The notes below the pieces were generated by a model. That model did no database searches. It was not told where the DNA came from and saw nothing but the letters and a program-made list of their open reading frames with translations. This document shows positions 1-5,038 of a DNA stretch of 38,123 nucleotides, one piece after another (the first letter of the stretch is position 1; each line of letters begins with the position of its first letter). This DNA is from a virus, in the IMG/VR virus record IMGVR_UViG_3300043036_000143. One strand, given 5' to 3'. Both the position numbers and the translations under genes were made by a program.

Positions 1-64
1 ATGAAGAGTTGATATATTTGCCTCCACCTTGTCCTTGTAAATCGTAGCTAATAGGGCTGCTCAT
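1..64 (-). other. Duplicated N-terminal fragment (21 codons) of CDS 37806..38060, created by the terminal overlap
   Basis: CAT at 62..64 corresponds to the ATG at 38058..38060. It is not an independent gene. Confidence 0.9.
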
Positions 65-70
65 GCGCGT

Positions 71-98
71 GTTTTATCATTTTGTGAGGATTTGTCAA
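71..98 (-). promoter_or_regulatory. Candidate sigma70-type promoter of the structural operon (also present at 38067..38094)
   Basis: The minus strand reads TTGACA (98..93), a 16-nt spacer, then TGaTAAAAC (extended -10, hexamer 76..71). The ATG of the first structural gene lies 7 nt after the -10 hexamer. Confidence 0.45.
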
Positions 99-221
99 GT
101 AGCCATTTAGGCATTTTTTCGGAGGGTGGGGAACCAATAGCTATACCCGCAGCCACCGCGCCCGCGACCCCCTCCCCCCCTGTTCACCCGCACACTACTC
201 ACCCGCACACCCAGCAAATCA

Positions 222-357
222 AACGCTTGTATCAATCGCCCGCTTGAATCACTCGCTTGAATCACTCGCTGGCATAGTCGAAACGTCCACCTGAAACGCC
301 CGTATGAATCACTCGCTTGATCGATCCAGTAACGTCAATAAAACACTCGCTTGAATA
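222..357. repeat. Iteron-like array of (CA)CTCGCTTGAAT motifs
   Basis: CGCTTGAAT occurs at 241-249, 254-262 and 348-356, with variants at 224-232 (CGCTTGTAT) and 314-321 (CGCTTGAT). The 16-mer TGAATCACTCGCTTGA occurs at 245-260 and 305-320. A 13-bp tandem period spans 241-270. Confidence 0.8.
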
Positions 358-417
358 GCTGGCACGCCGTCCATGCATCGCAGAAGCACAGAGCGGAATC
401 TGGCGGAAATTTTTTGC

Positions 418-447
418 TTGACATGTTTTGGGAAAGCTGTGTAGAAT
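418..447 (+). promoter_or_regulatory. Candidate sigma70-type early promoter P1
   Basis: TTGACA (418-423), an 18-nt spacer, then TAGAAT (442-447), with an A/T-rich tract upstream (ggaaatttttt). It shares the context TGTAGAA(T/A)TC with the promoter at 8544. Confidence 0.6.
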
Positions 448-560
448 CAGTACACCAAGGAATGGATGATAATGCACTGATGACATCCGTTACTTGCTTG
501 CGATTGCTTCGCGCGTGTGTTGATGATATTCTTTCAAGTGGGTGAATAGGTTTCTGAGAC

Positions 561-598
561 TCTCTCTCTTGCTCTCTCTCTCTTGCTCTCTCTCTTGC
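561..598. repeat. Tandem (TC)n-TTGC polypyrimidine repeat, 3 units
   Basis: TCTCTCTCTTGC, TCTCTCTCTCTTGC and TCTCTCTCTTGC sit inside a roughly 100-nt C/T-rich tract (556..650). Confidence 0.9.
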
Positions 599-669
599 TT
601 GATTGCCTCGACCATTGCCTCTCTCGCCTTGCTTTGCTCTCTTGTGGGTTACTTTGGAGGTAAAATACT

Positions 670-687
670 CTAACAAAATGCACGCTG
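670..687 (+). promoter_or_regulatory. Conserved 18-nt box CTAACAAAATGCACGCTG (copy 1)
   Basis: It matches 8470..8487 (CTAACAAAATACACGCTG) at 17 of 18 positions. Both copies lie in the noncoding leaders of the two rightward early operons and are followed by A-rich sequence. Confidence 0.4.
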
Positions 688-806
688 TAACCCTTGAAGA
701 ATAAGGGAAAATAAAAATAAATGAAATATTTATTAAAATGTTGTGGACAATGCCGCAAGATTTGTTAATTTCTTCCCGCCGCGCCGAACACAGCGGCACA
801 CACAAC

Positions 807-995
807 ATGAACATGACAGCAACCACACATAGCGAGACGCTCACTAACATGCTTAATTTTGCACGCTCCCACGACTGGGGGAAAAATGCACTCATACCCT
901 ACGCATCCTCCGCGCTGCACATCTACGACGAGTATGCAGACGAGATCGTAAAATTTACAGACATGCTCGCCCTTAGGACTTGGGCTGGTTATTAA
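807..995 (+). CDS. Hypothetical early protein
   Basis: ORF track 738..995. The ATG at 807 directly follows the CA-rich leader cacacacaac. The start is ambiguous (738 or 807). Confidence 0.45.
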   Translation: MNMTATTHSETLTNMLNFARSHDWGKNALIPYASSALHIYDEYADEIVKFTDMLALRTWAGY

Positions 996-1043
996 TCATC
1001 ACAACACAACACAACACACCATAACTTGAATATACTCTTGAAC

Positions 1044-1787
1044 ATGAAAACTACCACTGTAAAAACACAAGCAAGAAATGAAAAGCGCGATCTACTCACA
1101 AGTGAGAATGCAAAGACAAGCAAGGGAGAAAACCTAGGCTTTCTCACTGGCATTCTCTACCTTGCGCCCGCCAATGAGAGCGGAAAAAACACCTGCCCTT
1201 TTGCGTCGACTGGTTGCGCTGCCGCTTGTCTATTTACGGCTGGGCGCGGGGCATTCGATAGCGTGCGGGAAGCGAGACTAGCTAAGACGTATTACCTATG
1301 GCAAGGCGTGAGTCACTTTGTGGACAATCTCGAGTTTAATATCCATGCCCTAGAACGGAAAGCTAAGCGTGAGGGATTAACTCCATGCGTGAGACTAAAT
1401 GGTACAAGTGACTTACCATGGGAAACAATGAAAGGAAACAAGAAAAAATCGATCATCGCGCTTTTCCCTCACGTGCAGTTTTATGATTATACTAAAAATC
1501 CATCACGCATGAAAAAATACCTACGCGGAGAGATGCCCGCCAATTACCACCTTACATTTTCACGTTCGGAATGTAATCATGAAACATGTCTTGAGATTCT
1601 CGAGATGGGCGGGAATGTTGCCGCCGTATTTGAAAAGATGCCGGAAATATGGTGTGGAAAAGAAGTAATTTCCGGGGATGATCACGATTTAAGATTTTTA
1701 GACAAAACTGGAGTAGTGGTAGGATTAAAAGCTAAGGGAAAAGCTAAAAAAGATCTCTCCGGTTTCGTGGTATCAGCCAATGATTAA
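1044..1787 (+). CDS. GP88-family-like protein with N-terminal Cys cluster (function unknown)
   Basis: The track ORF 1026..1787 starts at TTG. The first ATG (1044) follows the (ACAAC)n leader at 998-1025. Motifs TSKGENLGFLTGILYLAP, CPFASTGCAAAC, NGTSDLPWE and GDDHDLRFLD were recalled from memory as Pfam GP88-like. Confidence 0.7.
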   Translation: MKTTTVKTQARNEKRDLLTSENAKTSKGENLGFLTGILYLAPANESGKNTCPFASTGCAAACLFTAGRGAFDSVREARLAKTYYLWQGVSHFVDNLEFNIHALERKAKREGLTPCVRLNGTSDLPWETMKGNKKKSIIALFPHVQFYDYTKNPSRMKKYLRGEMPANYHLTFSRSECNHETCLEILEMGGNVAAVFEKMPEIWCGKEVISGDDHDLRFLDKTGVVVGLKAKGKAKKDLSGFVVSAND

Positions 1788-1800
1788 ATTATAAAAATTA

Positions 1801-1850
1801 GCCACTGAAGAGCCTCCAGGCATGAGGCGAAACGCCGCAAGGCGTATGGC
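1801..1850 (+). ncRNA. Type I hammerhead ribozyme HHR-1 (predicted cleavage between 1846 and 1847)
   Basis: Sequence parses as GCCA / CUGAAGA / GCCUC-CAGGCAU-GAGGC / GAA / ACGCC-GCAA-GGCGU / A / UGGC. The full invariant core is present, with 5-bp stem II, 5-bp stem III capped by a GNRA loop, and an open stem I. Confidence 0.9.
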
Positions 1851-1867
1851 AATGCCAATAGAACAAT

Positions 1868-2077
1868 ATGAACACAATCACTACTCAAAAAGCAATTCGC
1901 GCCCAATTTTGGGCATCTCACCCAGATCTTGAAGCTCACGCGCTTATGTGGAGCATCAAGACAGCTCCGCAAAATAGACACAACACAGACACGCGCACGG
2001 CGTTTTGTGACTATGTCGATTCCCTTGCCAAGTCTGGCATGATCTCCGAAAAACTAGCGTCACGCGCTACCTTGTAA
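1868..2077 (+). CDS. Hypothetical protein
   Basis: 69-aa ORF. Its ATG lies 21 nt downstream of the HHR-1 cleavage site. Confidence 0.65.
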   Translation: MNTITTQKAIRAQFWASHPDLEAHALMWSIKTAPQNRHNTDTRTAFCDYVDSLAKSGMISEKLASRATL

Positions 2078-2104
2078 AACAATACAACACAACACACAGA
2101 CAAA

Positions 2105-2356
2105 ATGAAAACTACTATTACAAAATCAGCAGCCATCAAACACGCTCGCCAAAACGTATCCTCACTGTCAATCTTTGGGGGGCAATACAGATTCGCAACC
2201 TACGACGCGAAAATGAACGCATGGTGGGAGCATGTCCCGAAACAATTCCATGCTGCCGCTTTCGACCGCTCGCAGGCACTTATTGATGCCGCCCGTGACT
2301 ATCTCGATTTGCCATGCGTGCAATATGACGGCGGCGCATGGATCGACTATGTTTAA
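2105..2356 (+). CDS. Hypothetical protein
   Basis: 83-aa ORF. The ATG is preceded by the CA-repeat leader acaacacaacacacagacaaa. Confidence 0.7.
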   Translation: MKTTITKSAAIKHARQNVSSLSIFGGQYRFATYDAKMNAWWEHVPKQFHAAAFDRSQALIDAARDYLDLPCVQYDGGAWIDYV

Positions 2357-2393
2357 ACCACACTACCACAGAAACCGTACACAGCATAAAACT

Positions 2394-2588
2394 ATGATCA
2401 CAGGAAACATGCAAATTTCAAACACAGAAAGCTTTCTTCATTCATGCAAACTTGCCATCTCGCATGAATTTAAAACGCGCCATTACAAGGCAATCGGGCT
2501 TTACACTCCAACAGAAAACGTGCGCGATGCAATCGCCATCATTCGCAGAATTCAGCCTAAAAACATCACCAAGCAATCCAAACCATGA
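2394..2588 (+). CDS. Hypothetical protein
   Basis: This is the distal part of track ORF 2232..2588. The ATG at 2394 is the first start downstream of the preceding gene, and the stop overlaps the next ATG (ATGA). Confidence 0.5.
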   Translation: MITGNMQISNTESFLHSCKLAISHEFKTRHYKAIGLYTPTENVRDAIAIIRRIQPKNITKQSKP

Positions 2589-2731
2589 ATACACCAACTT
2601 GCTCACTCGTCCGCCGTCCCATCCGCCGCAATCCATGGCGGAAATGGATCACCACCACCGCTGAAATCATCGGGGGAGTCCTCACGATTGCTCTACTTGT
2701 AACACTCACCCTCCTGTCCTTAGCACTATGA
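2585..2731 (+). CDS. Small membrane protein (48 aa)
   Basis: Hand translation gives MNTPTCSLVRRPIRRNPWRKWITTTAEIIGGVLTIALLVTLTLLSLAL, a basic N-terminus plus one hydrophobic helix. It has ATGA overlaps at both ends and is below the track length cutoff. Confidence 0.5.
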   Translation: MNTPTCSLVRRPIRRNPWRKWITTTAEIIGGVLTIALLVTLTLLSLAL

Positions 2732-2901
2732 CCACATTCACAGCACTATCCCAGCGCATCCGCGCCGCCGTATCCACTGCCGATCTCAAAGCTTTAGAAA
2801 AGCGATGTGATAGGCACTATGAGGCAGGCACTATCACACCGAGCGAGTTTTCCCGCTTAGATGGAATGATCATGGAACGCATCGCATTACTGAACCAATA
2901 A
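2728..2901 (+). CDS. Hypothetical protein (57 aa)
   Basis: Hand translation gives MTTFTALSQRIRAAVSTADLKALEKRCDRHYEAGTITPSEFSRLDGMIMERIALLNQ. It is ATGA-coupled to the upstream ORF. Confidence 0.5.
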   Translation: MTTFTALSQRIRAAVSTADLKALEKRCDRHYEAGTITPSEFSRLDGMIMERIALLNQ

Positions 2902-2926
2902 AACACAACACAACACAAATAAGGCT

Positions 2927-3244
2927 ATGATAACAATAACACAGAAAGATTACACAATCCTGCAGAAAATCGCCGAAAAAATTAATTCTGAAATCAAAGC
3001 TTACAATGAGGCTCATGATGTCGTCCACCAAGTCATTTCCGTCAGCGTAAGCCAGGACGATGATTTCATCGATCATTATGCGTATTTTGACATCGAAACA
3101 TTCAAAACCCACAGCTCGGATGAAGAATCATACGTCCATGATGCCATACGAGGCATTGCCAGACAACTTACCGATGCACTTATCACTGACACGATCGTAA
3201 GCTCTGGAGATGGGATCTTCACGGCGGTCTATAAGCTCATATAA
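2927..3244 (+). CDS. Hypothetical protein
   Basis: 105-aa ORF following the CA-repeat leader aaacacaacacaacacaaataagg. Confidence 0.7.
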   Translation: MITITQKDYTILQKIAEKINSEIKAYNEAHDVVHQVISVSVSQDDDFIDHYAYFDIETFKTHSSDEESYVHDAIRGIARQLTDALITDTIVSSGDGIFTAVYKLI

Positions 3245-3262
3245 CCCACTATCACGGAAGCC

Positions 3263-3445
3263 ATGAATGAAATCATAATTGACGAGCTTTATATCGCTCT
3301 CAGCGTATTAGAGCAACGAGAAATTGACCTCGCCATGCTAGGCAGGGTAGAGCATAGAAACGCCGTGAGACTGGCAATGCTGCCGATCAAACGAGAAATC
3401 AACAAGCTTGAGAATAGAGAAATTTACCCTGAAACAAGCCACTGA
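3263..3445 (+). CDS. Hypothetical protein; stop codon lies inside the HHR-2 core
   Basis: 60-aa ORF ending ...ETSH-TGA. The TGA at 3443-3445 is U4-G5-A6 of the ribozyme. Confidence 0.6.
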   Translation: MNEIIIDELYIALSVLEQREIDLAMLGRVEHRNAVRLAMLPIKREINKLENREIYPETSH

Positions 3446-3485
3446 TGAGCCTCCAGGCATGAGGCGAAACCCTGCGGGGTCTGGC
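3438..3485 (+). ncRNA. Type I hammerhead ribozyme HHR-2 (predicted cleavage between 3481 and 3482)
   Basis: Sequence parses as GCCA / CUGAUGA / GCCUC-CAGGCAU-GAGGC / GAA / ACCC-UGCG-GGGU / C / UGGC. It has the canonical GUC cleavage triplet and a UNCG-type loop on stem III. Confidence 0.92.
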
Positions 3486-3519
3486 AAGAGCCAAATAACA
3501 CAACACAACACAAGACAAG

Positions 3520-3795
3520 ATGCAAACGATAACAGGCAATACATACCCCGTAAAAGAAGCCATAAAGGCACTAGGCGGAAAATGGAACAAACTAGCCAAG
3601 GGCTGGGATGTTCCCGACGAGGTAGCAGATGAAGCGCGCGCCTTAGTCTCAGGCTCGCCAAGCCGTAGCATTAGCCACAGCTATGATAAAACCACATTTT
3701 ACCGCATGAACAGCGGAGCGGTGATTTACCGCAACAGATCTGGTATGTGTGAAGATGCGCCATGCTGCGGCTGCTGCGGCACAGATAGCCACTGA
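3520..3795 (+). CDS. DUF5710-like N-terminal domain protein with Cys-rich C-terminus; stop codon lies inside the HHR-3 core
   Basis: GNTYPVKEAIKALGGKWNKLAKGWDVP resembles, from memory, the N-terminal module seen on phage replication proteins. The C-terminus is CEDAPCCGCCGTDSH. The TGA at 3793-3795 is U4-G5-A6 of HHR-3. Confidence 0.7.
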   Translation: MQTITGNTYPVKEAIKALGGKWNKLAKGWDVPDEVADEARALVSGSPSRSISHSYDKTTFYRMNSGAVIYRNRSGMCEDAPCCGCCGTDSH

Positions 3796-3838
3796 TGAGA
3801 TCCAGGCAAAGATCGAAACGCCCTGCGGGGTGTATGGC
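3788..3838 (+). ncRNA. Type I hammerhead ribozyme HHR-3 (predicted cleavage between 3834 and 3835)
   Basis: Sequence parses as GCCA / CUGAUGA / GAUC-CAGGCAAA-GAUC / GAA / ACGCCC-UGCG-GGGUGU / A / UGGC. The core is intact, and stems II and III differ from HHR-1 and HHR-2 by compensatory changes. Confidence 0.9.
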
Positions 3839-3857
3839 ACAAGCCAACTCAAAATAT

Positions 3858-4100
3858 ATGATACTATACCAGAAAACAGAAGACCCCCTTGTAATTGTAA
3901 CAGATTCCAAAACGAAAGACGTTGAGACTAAAAAACTCACTGGCACTTATTTTCGGATCATTCCCCCCGCAAATGATCGCGTGAATTGGGTGTTAACTTG
4001 CTCAGAAATGCACGTTGACCGATGGGCAAGCGCAACAGATTCCACCATGATCATTTCCGAGAATCTAAGAAAACAACTTGTCTCTTTATTCTCATGCTGA
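3858..4100 (+). CDS. Hypothetical protein
   Basis: The upstream part of track ORF 3795..4100 runs through HHR-3, and the ATG at 3834 spans the cleavage site. The first ATG after cleavage is 3858 (MILYQKTEDPL...). Confidence 0.6.
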   Translation: MILYQKTEDPLVIVTDSKTKDVETKKLTGTYFRIIPPANDRVNWVLTCSEMHVDRWASATDSTMIISENLRKQLVSLFSC

Positions 4101-4411
4101 TCGACAACAAAATCGCGCTGATACAATCCGTTGCTGATGTCCTCGGGGTGAAACCTGAAGCTATCACTGGCAAGCGCAAACGGTTCGCTGAGGCTCTCGC
4201 CAGGCAAATCGTGATGACGTTGTGGAGTGAAGCACACTCGCTCCAGGACTCAGCCGAAATCGTAAACCGAACCCATCACACCGCAGCATTTTACGCACGT
4301 AAAAAGACTTATGAACGCTTGCACTATTGTAAGAAGTCAAAAGAGCGAATGCATAAGATACTGCAAAGATACTCAGAAATTATTCTTGAACAAACCGAAA
4401 CAAACCACTAA
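4094..4411 (+). CDS. DnaA domain-IV-like (Bac_DnaA_C-like) DNA-binding protein
   Basis: IALIQSVADVLGVKPEAITGKRKRFAEALARQIVMTLWSEAHSLQDSAEIVNRTHHTAAFYARKK follows the DnaA C-terminal HTH pattern (GK-R...AR...M......S...I......HT.V..A..K). Confidence 0.65.
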   Translation: MLIDNKIALIQSVADVLGVKPEAITGKRKRFAEALARQIVMTLWSEAHSLQDSAEIVNRTHHTAAFYARKKTYERLHYCKKSKERMHKILQRYSEIILEQTETNH

Positions 4412-4459
4412 AAAAACTCTTGTGCGGGAAATTCCGCACTATCACAACACCAAAATACA

Positions 4460-5038
4460 ATGCAATTAGAACACAGCACACCTGAATTGTTTACTGCCCT
4501 AGCAAAAATGCAGGGAGAAGTAGAAAACGCCACAAAAGGCTCGCTAAATCCACATTTCAAATCGAAATATGCGGATCTTGCGGAAGTCTTGAACACCGTG
4601 CGCCCAGTATTGGCAGCAAATGGACTATCAATCATACAGTCGCCCTCATTTGACGGTGCTATTTGCCACGTTACCACCACAATCGCCCACAGCGGTGGAG
4701 GGTATATCTTCGGCACTATGTCCTGTGTCCCTGCGAAAATGGACGGGCAGGGCGTAGGAGCGGCAACAACCTACCTTCGACGCTATTCGCTCGCCGCAGT
4801 CTGTGGAGTTGCCCAGGAGGACGATGACGGACAATCGGCAGCGCATAATCGCCCCGCAGTCTATCCGCTCATTTCCAGTGGTGAAGCTGCCAGAATTCGC
4901 GAAAACATCGAAGCTCTTGCTATCGACGAACCAGCATTCCTGAAACATTACGGAGTTACGGCAGTCGCACAGCTAACCACTGACAAAATCGCCAGCATCG
5001 ATAAAGCATTTGCAATCAAAGCTAAAGCAAAACCATGA
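4460..5038 (+). CDS. erf: ERF-family single-strand annealing protein
   Basis: ALAKMQGEVENATKGSLNPHFKSKYADLAEVLNTVRPVLAANGLS and TTYLRRYSLAAVCGV are typical ERF motifs. The gene is ATGA-coupled to the exonuclease gene. Confidence 0.85.
   Translation: MQLEHSTPELFTALAKMQGEVENATKGSLNPHFKSKYADLAEVLNTVRPVLAANGLSIIQSPSFDGAICHVTTTIAHSGGGYIFGTMSCVPAKMDGQGVGAATTYLRRYSLAAVCGVAQEDDDGQSAAHNRPAVYPLISSGEAARIRENIEALAIDEPAFLKHYGVTAVAQLTTDKIASIDKAFAIKAKAKP

Larger units (their letters stand above)
1..127. repeat. Exact 127-bp terminal overlap, identical to 37997..38123 (circular-contig signature)
   Basis: Compared base by base: 1..127 equals 37997..38123 with no mismatch. Identity ends exactly at the window edges. 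127 is a typical maximal de Bruijn k-mer. Confidence 0.95.

Noticed and set aside
1-127. The 127-bp repeat as a biological direct terminal repeat
   Set aside because: The exact length of 127 and its coincidence with both window edges fit an assembler k-mer overlap of a circular path. A real DTR cannot be excluded without read-level data.
462-545. 27-codon ORF (MDDNALMTSVTCLRLLRACVDDILSSG) just downstream of promoter P1
   Set aside because: It could be a leader peptide. However, the SD-like AAGGA abuts the ATG, it is very short, and nothing else supports it.
561-598. Tandem CT repeats as a CRISPR array
   Set aside because: The units are 12-14 bp, contiguous and without spacers. This is a simple low-complexity repeat.
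335-895. 186-aa minus-strand ORF, plus 262..486 (-), 351..545 (+) and 534..758 (-), across the left noncoding region
   Set aside because: The translations are low-complexity (RERAREREQERESQ...) and produced by reading the CT/GA repeat tract. They span promoters and repeats, have no start context, and overlap one another.
4422-4439. Hairpin GTGCGG-N6-CCGCAC between the DnaA-like gene and erf as a terminator (similar GC-rich bulged hairpin at 12157..12189)
   Set aside because: No T-run follows on the plus strand, where all the local genes lie. The U-tract is only on the non-transcribed strand. It may still be an RNA-stability or processing element.
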